64,000 nt of DNA, taken from the IMG/VR virus record IMGVR_UViG_3300036766_002288, positions 96,001 through 160,000 of that record. The stretch is one strand, 5' to 3'. The position numbers and the translations under genes are program-made. Positions 28,059-37,775 of the stretch are shown piece by piece; the stretch's first letter is position 1; every line of letters begins with the position of its first letter. The notes under the pieces are model-generated. The model did no database searches. It was not told where the DNA came from and saw only the letters and a program-made list of their open reading frames with translations. Source of the stretch: a virus.

Positions 28059-28756
28059 CACTGAATAATGGACAAGAAGTTAGAATCGCACTGAAATCAA
28101 GACCCCCTGACAACAAATGGGGTCTTTATGGAAGTGTTTATTGTGAAGAAGCAAAAACTTATCGCAAACGTCGTCTAATACTTCCTAAAGATTTTGTAAA
28201 AGGTCTATTCTACATGGAAGCTGGATGTGGAATGGACGGTTGGATGGGTGCAACAAGATTTCAAATTGATGAAGTAATAGGCGATGAAGCTAAGATTTCT
28301 GTTTATTCATTAGGAAATAAAAGCAGGGGAAAAAAAGATAAAATTATTCAAGTTGCGTGGCCGCACGAATTTATAGCCGATGAACAGTCAGATGAAGTTC
28401 TGTATGAACTTTATAAAAAAGGCGTTTTTGTAAAAGGTTATGCCCACAAAGAAGTTTCTTATTTCACAGAAAAGATGAAGGAACAAGACAAAATTACTAC
28501 TGACAAATATAGGCCACAAGTTGAGCAGGCTATTAAGGATGGTAAAGCCAAAATAGAATTTGAAATTTGTGAGGTTAGAGAAGGTATTGAATACTATCGT
28601 GCAAAATGTTATGTAGATGGTTTACATGTGCCGCCTGCATTTGGGTTTACTCGTAAAGACTCCATGTATGAGTCATATTGGGATGAATGTGTTATGTTGT
28701 TAGCCAGAGAATTAGGGTTTGTGCCAAAGAATGAGAGAGGATATTTTGTAGAATGA
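28055..28756 (+). CDS. Hypothetical protein
   Basis: Start at ATG 28055 overlapping the previous stop. Confidence 0.55.
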   Translation: MTLNNGQEVRIALKSRPPDNKWGLYGSVYCEEAKTYRKRRLILPKDFVKGLFYMEAGCGMDGWMGATRFQIDEVIGDEAKISVYSLGNKSRGKKDKIIQVAWPHEFIADEQSDEVLYELYKKGVFVKGYAHKEVSYFTEKMKEQDKITTDKYRPQVEQAIKDGKAKIEFEICEVREGIEYYRAKCYVDGLHVPPAFGFTRKDSMYESYWDECVMLLARELGFVPKNERGYFVE

Positions 28757-28947
28757 ATCATGAATGGCAGTTATTCGTCACGACTGAAAATTATGACTAT
28801 GGTGGGGTAGATTTCTATCATTGGTGCAAATGGTGTGGTTCTATGAAGAAAGTGCCTGGCAGAGTGGATAAGCAAACTATATTCTATCTTCCAGGGCGTA
28901 AATCCATACCAAATTGTGAGGAATGTGTGGGGGATATAAATGAGTGA
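28753..28947 (+). CDS. Small Cys-containing hypothetical protein
   Basis: CxxC twice; coupled. Confidence 0.4.
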   Translation: MNHEWQLFVTTENYDYGGVDFYHWCKWCGSMKKVPGRVDKQTIFYLPGRKSIPNCEECVGDINE

Positions 28948-29131
28948 TTATTTAATCATTACAATGAAGGTCGTTCCTTACGATAACGTTTCCCCTGATA
29001 GTATTGAAAAGGAAATTGGAAACCAAACCACAAATTTACCCTGCAACAATCTTTTGTCTTGGGGTGGGTTGGGACCATTAGGAAAAATTTATGACGTGAA
29101 AGTTAGCCGTTCTCCTAAAGAATCATTATGA
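28940..29131 (+). CDS. Hypothetical protein
   Basis: 63-aa ORF, coupled. Confidence 0.4.
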   Translation: MSDYLIITMKVVPYDNVSPDSIEKEIGNQTTNLPCNNLLSWGGLGPLGKIYDVKVSRSPKESL

Positions 29132-29958
29132 AGAAGAATTTTCGTTCATTAGAACTGATAGCTAAAAAGTATTTAGATACTTTTTCTTCTGGTATTCACG
29201 GCACGCTTCTGAAGGATAGTCTCATCGAAGTAGATGTTATAAGGGAATATCAGCCTGGAGATAAAAGATTAGATTCTAAATCCAGTTTGAAAACTGGCAA
29301 AACAATGTCCAGGGTGTTCAATCCTGAACGGTCTCTTAATTTATTTATAATGTTGGATGTTAGTTCCTCCCAATATACGAAATTAGAGTCAGCGGTAATT
29401 ACCGCTCTCTACATGTCTTATTTGGGAGATATTTGTAACGAGAAGATAGGGTTATGTGTTTTTTCAGACCATGTTACTTCGGTTGTTGATGTAACAGACG
29501 ATTATTCTTCGGTTGTAGGCACAATAGAAAAGTCCTTGCAATCTTTGAAGATGGACTCGGTTACAAGCGTCAATGATGCCGTAAATAAAGTATCTAATTT
29601 GTTTTTATCAAATTCTTTGATTGTGCTTATATCTGATTTTTGTTATCCTTTGAATGATAAACTTTTGAATGATGTAAAAAAGATGGCATTATTGCCCACG
29701 AATAACTTTGTTAGTGTTGTGTTGCACAATCCTAATGATTGGATGTTATCGGTATCGGAATCTTTTAACATTACTTTGAAGGATGCTGAGAGTGGACAAG
29801 TTTCAAATTTTAATTTGAAATCAGCACAGGCTCAATATGATAAATGGCAAGCTAATTTGAAAACCAAGTTAGCTCGTTGTAATAGTGATGTTGTGTTTTT
29901 GAATGTCAAGGAAGAGAGATTTTTACTGCCATTGATAAAATATTTAATGAGGACTTGA
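29128..29958 (+). CDS. DUF58 / VWA-domain protein (MoxR partner)
   Basis: REYQPGD.R.D.K.S.K, MLDVSSS, LISDF. Confidence 0.85.
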   Translation: MKKNFRSLELIAKKYLDTFSSGIHGTLLKDSLIEVDVIREYQPGDKRLDSKSSLKTGKTMSRVFNPERSLNLFIMLDVSSSQYTKLESAVITALYMSYLGDICNEKIGLCVFSDHVTSVVDVTDDYSSVVGTIEKSLQSLKMDSVTSVNDAVNKVSNLFLSNSLIVLISDFCYPLNDKLLNDVKKMALLPTNNFVSVVLHNPNDWMLSVSESFNITLKDAESGQVSNFNLKSAQAQYDKWQANLKTKLARCNSDVVFLNVKEERFLLPLIKYLMRT

Positions 29959-29959
29959 T

Positions 29960-31483
29960 ATGAATTTTCTTGTATTGTTTACGTTGCTGTCTTTTATACC
30001 GCCTGATGATCCAATTATCGAACCTGCGCCTCCGAATCTTATTGCAGTACCGCCTGTAAAGGTGGTGCCGCGAGCGATGTTTAGTTTGGAAGATTTCCAT
30101 ATTTATGATGAAAAGCACAATCTACATGGATTGCCATTGACTCAAAAGATTTATGTAAGTGCCCCAAGTGACGAAGAAAAGAGACTTTTTATCAAGTTTG
30201 GTGAGAAACTTCCAGGCTTTACGGAGTTTTCGGTTATTGCCAACGGCATGAATAAGGACTTTAAGGGTTTGGTGCTTTTGTTCGACGAGAGGGGCAATGC
30301 TCTTAAGGCTTTAAATACTTGTTTGAAAGAAGGATATAGAGCCTTTCCTGTAGTAATTTATGACGATGTTGAGATGATTGTTCCTAATCAAGTAGTGGTC
30401 AGTATTCGGCCTAGTACTAGAAAGAGTGATTATTTTAAAAGATTGAATAAGGTGGCCGAAGGCAAGTTTGAAATTACAGAAATAGACAACAAAACTTTTT
30501 CTATTACTGCTAAAGAGATTGTCAATCCATCAAATATTTTAGTGTTATCGAATTTGATTTCACAAGATACTTTCTGGGTTAGTTGGGCATTGCCTGCTTT
30601 CGTACCATTGAATGGATATATTTGGGCTACAGCAACAATTGAAACACCGTCTTATACTAACCTTGGGCAGGAACGCATTCTGAAGGTGGATATTAGTGTA
30701 TTCGATCCTAAAATTGTTGTTAAGCTCGATTTGTTGCCACAAATGGGGCCAAGTTTGTATCCGTTTCCAAATGCTGGTGAAAATTGGCTTGATGTTAAAC
30801 CACCTCAAATCACAGAGACTGTTACTGCGACCAAGCGAGTAATTAGTATTTCATATCCATTTAGATATTTGCAGTTTGGCAATTTTGTATTTCAGCCAAT
30901 TGCGATATCCTATGAGAAGAATGGCAAGTTGATGCAAATAGGAACAAATACATGTCGGTTTGTCACTAAGAGTGTGATATTTGGCACTAATATCGAAGAC
31001 TTACAACCAGAGTCTTATTCTCCCAATTTAGCTATGTTGCCCGCTGTTAAGCCAGTACAGACTCAAAAAGAATATTTAGGCGTGTTGGCTGGCGATGCCA
31101 AGTTGATTGTAACAGGCTCGTTTGGTGTGGTTGGTGGAGTGTTGGTATTATTTTGGGCAGCTAGTTTACTTCCTATGTTGACTAGTATATTTAATAATAA
31201 TCCTGGTGAACATTTATGGGAGCAATTGGATGCATGTCTGGATTTAGACCTAGAGGAAGATTGGCATCATGCTTATACTGCGATATCTTCTAGTTTGAAT
31301 GCTGTGTTGGTCCGAGACTTTGGCGTATCCCTTTATTCTTTGACTCCTGAACACTGTACAGCGAATTTTTCAGAGTTGCTCGCTGAGTTGAACAAGTTGT
31401 ATATGTGCGAGGAACATGTAGAGCCAGACTTTAGTGTATTGGAACACTCATTGATAGAGTTCTGCCGAAAACGTGAAATATGA
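29960..31483 (+). CDS. BatD-like exported/membrane protein
   Basis: N-terminal signal, beta-rich periplasmic region, C-terminal TM helix; position in the MoxR-VWA cluster. Confidence 0.5.
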   Translation: MNFLVLFTLLSFIPPDDPIIEPAPPNLIAVPPVKVVPRAMFSLEDFHIYDEKHNLHGLPLTQKIYVSAPSDEEKRLFIKFGEKLPGFTEFSVIANGMNKDFKGLVLLFDERGNALKALNTCLKEGYRAFPVVIYDDVEMIVPNQVVVSIRPSTRKSDYFKRLNKVAEGKFEITEIDNKTFSITAKEIVNPSNILVLSNLISQDTFWVSWALPAFVPLNGYIWATATIETPSYTNLGQERILKVDISVFDPKIVVKLDLLPQMGPSLYPFPNAGENWLDVKPPQITETVTATKRVISISYPFRYLQFGNFVFQPIAISYEKNGKLMQIGTNTCRFVTKSVIFGTNIEDLQPESYSPNLAMLPAVKPVQTQKEYLGVLAGDAKLIVTGSFGVVGGVLVLFWAASLLPMLTSIFNNNPGEHLWEQLDACLDLDLEEDWHHAYTAISSSLNAVLVRDFGVSLYSLTPEHCTANFSELLAELNKLYMCEEHVEPDFSVLEHSLIEFCRKREI

Positions 31484-32541
31484 TTGATAATCCTTATTTC
31501 CTGCTGCTTTTCCTAGTATTTCTGGCGTATTTATACTTCTGGAAATCTAGGAAATTCTATTTCCGTCATCCTTGTATGGAAAATCTCTCAACTTATAATC
31601 CAAGATTATGGTTGAGATGGGAATTTTTCATGCTAATGGGTGCTGCGTTTCTGGTGATGGGAGCGTGTAATTTCGTCTGGAAGACCAAAGAGAGTTTTAG
31701 GGTTAGTTTAGTCCATAAGTATGTTTTGATTAATGATGGCAGTGGCTCAATGGTGGATTATAACAAGCCAAATGGCATCGGCAAAGAACTGACTTCTGTT
31801 TTATCAGGCAATGCCAAGTTATTTGAGTTCTTAGGCAAGCGGCAAGATGGTAGTAAGGACTTGGTTGGTGCCGTCGTATTTTCTAGTGACTCGTATGTAG
31901 TTTCATTCTTATCAGATGATCCAGAGTTTGTGCATAAGAAACTAAAAAGGGTGGATTATAGGCTTCCGCCTATGAATCAGGGGACATATGTAGGAATTGG
32001 TCTGTGGACTGGTCTAGAAATGGTTTTGTCTCACGACAAGTCGATCAGTCAAAGTGACCTTGACCACTTGCAATTGAAATTCTATGGTGCAGGACACAAT
32101 ATCAAAAAAGATAGTGTTACTGAGGCTCTGGTTGCGAACAAGAATGTGTTTGCAGGAAGCTCGCTCATATTCTTCACAGATGGGATTTTCGATTATCCTG
32201 AAGGTAATCCCAGGATAATGTCCACTTACAAGATCATTAATTTTTGTAAGGATATGGGTATTAGGGTCTATTTCATATCTATATTCCAATTGGACCCACT
32301 TATCATAAGATACTGTAAGGATTCTGGGGGCAGAGGAGAACTTATTACGGATGGTTACAACAAGAAAAGATTAGAAGAGATTTACGAAGACATAGTAACT
32401 AGTCAGGCTAAGGAATATACAATAAAAGAAGAAAGTGTAGATAGGTCATTAGGTACTATTTTAGGTTTAATTGGTTTGGCTTTAGTATTATGTGGATTGG
32501 TTTTACACAACACAAAACAGTTGAATTTTACAGAGGTTTAA
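31480..32541 (+). CDS. BatA-like membrane-anchored VWA protein
   Basis: Two N-terminal TMs, MIDAS DGSGS...T...FTDG, C-terminal TM. Confidence 0.8.
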   Translation: MIDNPYFLLLFLVFLAYLYFWKSRKFYFRHPCMENLSTYNPRLWLRWEFFMLMGAAFLVMGACNFVWKTKESFRVSLVHKYVLINDGSGSMVDYNKPNGIGKELTSVLSGNAKLFEFLGKRQDGSKDLVGAVVFSSDSYVVSFLSDDPEFVHKKLKRVDYRLPPMNQGTYVGIGLWTGLEMVLSHDKSISQSDLDHLQLKFYGAGHNIKKDSVTEALVANKNVFAGSSLIFFTDGIFDYPEGNPRIMSTYKIINFCKDMGIRVYFISIFQLDPLIIRYCKDSGGRGELITDGYNKKRLEEIYEDIVTSQAKEYTIKEESVDRSLGTILGLIGLALVLCGLVLHNTKQLNFTEV

Positions 32542-32543
32542 AC

Positions 32544-33344
32544 ATGAAGAAGTTATTGTTTGGTTTGGGATTTCTTGCACTAGCTTGTGCATCCTTTGTT
32601 TATTTAGGGCACAAAGAAACTCAGTTTTCTAATGCTGATTTCAGAGTTGCAGAAGACGATTATTTTAACCAACTTAAGTTCAATAAGGTTAATGGGATGT
32701 TTAATAAGGCAAATTCAGAGAGTAGTCTTGCCATAGTTGAAGCGTTATATTTGGGGACATTGGATGAAGTTGCTGAAGCAAGAATGGGGCCTTATGTTAC
32801 TTTGAAGAAGGCTTCATTGTTGTTTAATCAAGGGGAATACTATTTGCATAGGGCGGAAGAGATTGAGTTTTCTTTATCCTCGCCGCCTAAGCCAGCAGGT
32901 CCACCAGATGTTGACCCAGAGAATCCAAATGTAGAGCCAATAGCCGCCCCGAACGAACAGAGGAAATATCATCCTTTGACAATACAGATGTTGCAGAAGG
33001 CTACGGATTCTTATGAAGCTGCTAGAAAAGAAGTTGACAAATTGTCAGAAAATACTGATATTGAGTTCAATTTTGGAATGAATTATCTTAAGGGTGAGAT
33101 TTACTATCGCTTTTTAGAATTCATGTCAGATAGTGATACTGCACAAGAGTTATTCAATCAGACATTGAACTATTACAAGATAGCTCTTAGGCACAAACCT
33201 GGGGATATCAATACGGTGGTAAACATTGAAATCCTAATTAAGAACCAGAATGATTTTTTATCTAATGCTAGTAATCCACAAGTGAAGCGTAAGCAAATGT
33301 TGAATGTTCGTAAGGCTGGACTTGGTTCGTCAAAGGGGAACTAA
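32544..33344 (+). CDS. BatC-like TPR protein with N-terminal anchor
   Basis: GAGG RBS; helical repeats ending YYKIALRHKPGDINTVVNIEIL. Confidence 0.6.
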   Translation: MKKLLFGLGFLALACASFVYLGHKETQFSNADFRVAEDDYFNQLKFNKVNGMFNKANSESSLAIVEALYLGTLDEVAEARMGPYVTLKKASLLFNQGEYYLHRAEEIEFSLSSPPKPAGPPDVDPENPNVEPIAAPNEQRKYHPLTIQMLQKATDSYEAARKEVDKLSENTDIEFNFGMNYLKGEIYYRFLEFMSDSDTAQELFNQTLNYYKIALRHKPGDINTVVNIEILIKNQNDFLSNASNPQVKRKQMLNVRKAGLGSSKGN

Positions 33345-33345
33345 C

Positions 33346-34368
33346 ATGCTGTTTGATAATCCAGTCTATCTGTGGTTGCTACTTATTTCTGCACCAATAG
33401 CGATTCTTTTATTGAACACTATTCGTTTGTTCATGAGATTTCATAACAAGATAGCGGAAGAGTTTTTCGCTTATAGTAAATTCCCTTCTTACCTTAGAAG
33501 AGGTATTAGTCATGGCGGTTATATTGCTGCGTTGATATTTCTTATTGTAGGCTTGGCGGAACCATACATTATGGTGAACGTCAGGGATAAGGAATATAAG
33601 GATATGCGTCTTTTGTTTGTATTAGACGTTTCCAGGTCTATGGTCTATGCGGAAGATGTTTTACCAAATCGCATGGAAGCGATGAAAAATCATGTGAAGG
33701 ATTTTTATCTGCATTTAGATGGCCTGTATGAGTGTGCTATTCTTCCTTTTGCTGGTGATGCTAATCCATACTTTTGTCCTTTGACCAAGAGTAGGACTTC
33801 ATTTGTGGCGATGGTGGAAGAATTGGATTGGCGTTCAGCACCAGTATTGGGCACAGATTTAACTCGGGCAATGCAGTCTGTGCAAGATGTGTATATCAAG
33901 CAGGATAAGATTGATAAATCTGGATTTAACATTATCATATTGATATCTGATGGTGGCAAAGAAGAATCCGTGGCCACCAATAGAATTGAATTATTGAAAA
34001 TTGCGCGGGAATTGGCAAAGAAGAATTTCAAAATTTACACGGTTGGTGTTGGTGGTGAGAAACCTTGTCCGTTGGTGGTAAGGGATAGCAAAGGTGGTTT
34101 TAAATCTTACGTACTTGGCGACAACAACCAGCCTGCAACTTCGCAATTAGATGAAGAAATTTTGAGGCAACTTGCGTCGATTGGTCACGGCAAGTATTAT
34201 AGCCTAAATGCTTCTACCGCTTTAGCTTCCGACTTGAAGGAAATTGTTAAGGAGAATCAAGCTCTTATTACAGAGCAGATTCGACCAGAAAAATTTCCTT
34301 TACAGGGATACTTATTTTCTGTTACAGTCTGCCTTCTATTCGGCTGCATGTTACTGAACAAGGTATAA
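33346..34368 (+). CDS. BatB-like membrane-anchored VWA protein
   Basis: MLFDNPVYLWLL start, LDVSRSM.AED..PNR, GTD, ISDGG, LDEEIL..LA..G.G.Y. Confidence 0.85.
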   Translation: MLFDNPVYLWLLLISAPIAILLLNTIRLFMRFHNKIAEEFFAYSKFPSYLRRGISHGGYIAALIFLIVGLAEPYIMVNVRDKEYKDMRLLFVLDVSRSMVYAEDVLPNRMEAMKNHVKDFYLHLDGLYECAILPFAGDANPYFCPLTKSRTSFVAMVEELDWRSAPVLGTDLTRAMQSVQDVYIKQDKIDKSGFNIIILISDGGKEESVATNRIELLKIARELAKKNFKIYTVGVGGEKPCPLVVRDSKGGFKSYVLGDNNQPATSQLDEEILRQLASIGHGKYYSLNASTALASDLKEIVKENQALITEQIRPEKFPLQGYLFSVTVCLLFGCMLLNKV

Positions 34369-34372
34369 AGAA

Positions 34373-35935
34373 ATGGATAAGCTAAATGACCAAGACCAAG
34401 TAATCATTAATTCCTTTATTGATCCTGATAAAACTGGTGTAGAGCCAAAATACCCCTTTGATGAGGAATTTCTTAGGGTTGTTCTAGGCACACTTCTTTG
34501 CAATCGTTATTTCATTTGTCAGGGCATCAACCTGATAAAGCCGATTTATTTCAGAAGTGAAATACATCAGGTCATATGCAGGACTCTATTTACATATTTC
34601 GAGCAATATAGACAGCAGCCTAGCAAGGTATTTCTTCGTGAGTTAGTAGATGAGTATCTTAAGAAGAGATACAATAACCAGGAAGATACTTACCGTGCTA
34701 TTCGTTTGATATATCAGACTGAAATTAACTTAGTCTACGACTATTACACAAAGGGTGGTAGTGGTAGCATTATGCTCATGGTGGATTCTCCAGAAGCTAT
34801 TTTGGACAAGATCACCAGTTTTGCTAAAACACAAGCCATTAAGATTGCATTTGCTAAATCTGTGGACTTGATTAGAAGAAATCCAGAATCAGATGAGACT
34901 TTTGATAAAGTGGATTTGTTGTATAAGGAAGCGAGATTAGTAAATCGTAATATAGATTTAGGTTTGAATTATTTTGAGACTTTGGAAGAACGATATGCGA
35001 GAACCCAAGAAAATGTAGAAAAGGCAGAAACTTTTTGTAGTGGCTTCAGGTCTATTGATAGTGGTTTGATGGGTGGTGGTTTGGTCCGTGGTGAGATGGG
35101 TGCTTGGATGGGTGCTTCAGGTACGGGTAAGAGTTTAGCGTTGACATGGGCATCTGTTTGCAATATTCAAAAAGGCAAAAAGGTTCTGTATATTTCAACA
35201 GAAATGGACCCAGACCGCATTGCCACTAGATTTGATGCCCAATTAACACATATTGGCCATCATCAATTAATGCTTAGGCAGGAGGAAGTGTGGGCAGCGT
35301 TAAGAAGGCAGGTGGATGAATATGAGGATAAGAGAAGGTTAGTCATTAAGCAATTCCCAAGTGGCAGTGCGGATATGACTACCGTAAGGGCGTATTATTC
35401 GCAAATCACTTCTATGGGCTTCAGGCCAGATTTGGTTATATTTGATTATCCTGGTGATATGAAGGATAATTCTAATCTATCTGGCTGGGATTCACGTTTT
35501 AGATTGTTGAGAGAGATTCGTGGTTTTGGTGTAGAAGAAAAACATTGTACATTTATTGCAGTTCACCCAAATAGAAGTGTTTCTGAATTGGGTCTTGAGG
35601 AGTTCATGGATGAGAAGAATCAGGGTGATTCTTTTAAGCAATTCCAGATATTTGATGCATTTTGGACATTGAATCAGACAGCGGTGGAGAATAAAGCGAA
35701 TGTTGGTAGAGGATTTGTTGCCAAGGCAAGAAATGGTAAGTCAAAGTTTTCGTTTAAGATTCGCTATCATTTTGACGATCAAACTTTGAGATTGGAAGAG
35801 ATAAGTCATCAAACCTATATGGGATTCATGACGAAGACCCAGGATGCAGATACGGATCACACAGAAACAGTAATTGATAAGGTCAGTGTTGAAAAAAAGA
35901 AATTTGAACCATCTGATGGCGAGAGAATTGGCTAG
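34373..35935 (+). CDS. Replicative DnaB/gp41-like DNA helicase
   Basis: GASGTGKS, STEM, LVIFDY, KARNG. Confidence 0.88.
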   Translation: MDKLNDQDQVIINSFIDPDKTGVEPKYPFDEEFLRVVLGTLLCNRYFICQGINLIKPIYFRSEIHQVICRTLFTYFEQYRQQPSKVFLRELVDEYLKKRYNNQEDTYRAIRLIYQTEINLVYDYYTKGGSGSIMLMVDSPEAILDKITSFAKTQAIKIAFAKSVDLIRRNPESDETFDKVDLLYKEARLVNRNIDLGLNYFETLEERYARTQENVEKAETFCSGFRSIDSGLMGGGLVRGEMGAWMGASGTGKSLALTWASVCNIQKGKKVLYISTEMDPDRIATRFDAQLTHIGHHQLMLRQEEVWAALRRQVDEYEDKRRLVIKQFPSGSADMTTVRAYYSQITSMGFRPDLVIFDYPGDMKDNSNLSGWDSRFRLLREIRGFGVEEKHCTFIAVHPNRSVSELGLEEFMDEKNQGDSFKQFQIFDAFWTLNQTAVENKANVGRGFVAKARNGKSKFSFKIRYHFDDQTLRLEEISHQTYMGFMTKTQDADTDHTETVIDKVSVEKKKFEPSDGERIG

Positions 35936-35968
35936 CATTATTTGGTCTATTATGGTAAAAGGTGATAT

Positions 35969-36484
35969 ATGCTTGAAGAAAAAAGAAAAGTAAATGTGAA
36001 TGGTCAAGAAGTGGTTCTTGACTCTGGTAAATTATTTTTTAGTGAAGGAACACTGGATAATTATCTAGAAGTTGAAGGCGGCTGGATTGATTATTTTGGA
36101 GCAAAACTCGCGGATGCTGAGCGACAGCTAGCAGAGTGGGAAATGAAAGTTGAGATTGAAGAAGATGAATATGAGCGGGTATATGCCAGAGTATTCAGCA
36201 CGATTAAATCTACGGAAGGCGGCTCAGATAAGTTGGTCGAAGGTCAGACTAAGATAGAAGCCACAGTCGTAGCCGCAAAAACCAAAGTTCAAGAATATAG
36301 AGAAAAGGCTATTGCTTACAAACATGCTGTGAATATGCTTAAACAGCACTTACGCGCATGGGATAAAAATCATGAAAATGCACAAAATCGCGGTAATACG
36401 TTAAGAAAAGAAATGGAAAGGTTACATAAGGATCGTTTCTTAGATGACAAGATTGACGATATTATTAAACATGTAGATGTATAG
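35969..36484 (+). CDS. UvsY-like recombination mediator
   Basis: Coiled-coil protein of UvsY-like size and pattern, next to the helicase in a T4-like module. Confidence 0.5.
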   Translation: MLEEKRKVNVNGQEVVLDSGKLFFSEGTLDNYLEVEGGWIDYFGAKLADAERQLAEWEMKVEIEEDEYERVYARVFSTIKSTEGGSDKLVEGQTKIEATVVAAKTKVQEYREKAIAYKHAVNMLKQHLRAWDKNHENAQNRGNTLRKEMERLHKDRFLDDKIDDIIKHVDV

Positions 36485-36494
36485 GAGTTTGCAA

Positions 36495-37121
36495 ATGAAT
36501 CGGCGTGAAGTTATTGCATTAGGTGCTAGTATAGTTTTTTCTTTACCTGCACAAGCGGCCAAGAAGTCTGAAAAATGTCCTTGTGTAGATCAAGACAAGA
36601 AGGCTACTAATCCATTAGAAAGAAAGCACGCTCAGATTTGTGCTTTCCACATTGGATATGATGACTCTAAGTTGCAAATTGAAACAACTCATTATTGTAC
36701 TGCTGTAGGGGACGGAGTGTTTCAATGCATACTATATGATTCACCTGAAAAAGATGCTAAGTTAATTGGTGTTGAGTATGTTGTTACAGAGCAGGTTTTC
36801 GGTCAACTACCCCAAGAAGAAACTAAATTATGGCATCCTCATAGATTTGAAATTGAGGAAGGTTTGTTTACTATTCATAAAGTGACTAAAAACTGTGAAG
36901 AAACTTTGTTGAAGGCTTTGTATAGTTCTTGGGGCAAAACATGGCAAACTTGGCCTGACGTAACTAGCAAGGTTCCAATGGGTAAACCAATTCTTATGTG
37001 GTCTGCTAGACAGGCGAATGAGGTCGATCCAAAGTTAATTCAAAAGCGGGATAAGAAATATAATATTAAAATAGAGGATGTGAAGAAATCCAGAGAGTTT
37101 TTAGGGGAGGGACAAAAGTGA
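36495..37121 (+). CDS. DUF1264 (OBAP-like) protein with Tat-like signal
   Basis: AFH, IETTHYC, QCILYDS..AKLIGVEY, LWHPH..EI..G; MNRREVIALG...AQA leader; AGGAG RBS. Confidence 0.75.
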   Translation: MNRREVIALGASIVFSLPAQAAKKSEKCPCVDQDKKATNPLERKHAQICAFHIGYDDSKLQIETTHYCTAVGDGVFQCILYDSPEKDAKLIGVEYVVTEQVFGQLPQEETKLWHPHRFEIEEGLFTIHKVTKNCEETLLKALYSSWGKTWQTWPDVTSKVPMGKPILMWSARQANEVDPKLIQKRDKKYNIKIEDVKKSREFLGEGQK

Positions 37122-37474
37122 AAGATTACTATTTCTTTTTCAAAGATGGTATGCCTTTAGCTGTGTTCTTAACAGAATTCATGGGCGATGCGATGGATTT
37201 ATTTGGACGCCTTTATAGACAGTCTTGGTCTGAGTCCATCCGCGAAGGCGTAACGGTTATCAAGGAAAAAGATGTTGACCCTGAAGTTTGGCAAAGAGTT
37301 CATGATGAATATAAGGCTCAAGCTGAATTAAAGAATCAGATAGAAGAAAGTAAGCATAAGCTTGAATAGGAAGCAGCACAAGCAAAATTGGCTAAGGCAA
37401 ACTTAATTGCACCAAAACCCAGAATTATTGAGCATGGTTCTACCATGTTAGAGACTGCGAAATATATGAAATGA
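37118..37474 (+). CDS. Hypothetical protein interrupted by an in-frame TAG at 37367-37369
   Basis: Frame stays open for 34 more codons to a TGA overlapping the next ATG. Confidence 0.55.
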
Positions 37475-37770
37475 ATATGAAAGCTCCTACCTGTAAATTA
37501 GGTAAATTTATCATCAAGTATAAGCAAGTGCTTTATGATGATAGGTATTTTTTTGTTTCTCACGAAGATTGTAGGATGTGTGGTGCATTATCTCGCAAGC
37601 ACATAATCCAAATTCCAGGTGGCTTGGTTAAGGATACCACCATATCTTTATTTGATTGGTTAGTTCAGTCTTGTGCAAAAGAATATAGAAGGAATTATTT
37701 GGACAGAATAGAAAGATTCATGGGTAGAATAGAGCGGTATGACGAATGTTTAGACTCAGATATGAGGTAA
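37471..37770 (+). CDS. Hypothetical protein
   Basis: 99-aa ORF with CxxC. Confidence 0.5.
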   Translation: MNMKAPTCKLGKFIIKYKQVLYDDRYFFVSHEDCRMCGALSRKHIIQIPGGLVKDTTISLFDWLVQSCAKEYRRNYLDRIERFMGRIERYDECLDSDMR

Positions 37771-37775
37771 CATAA

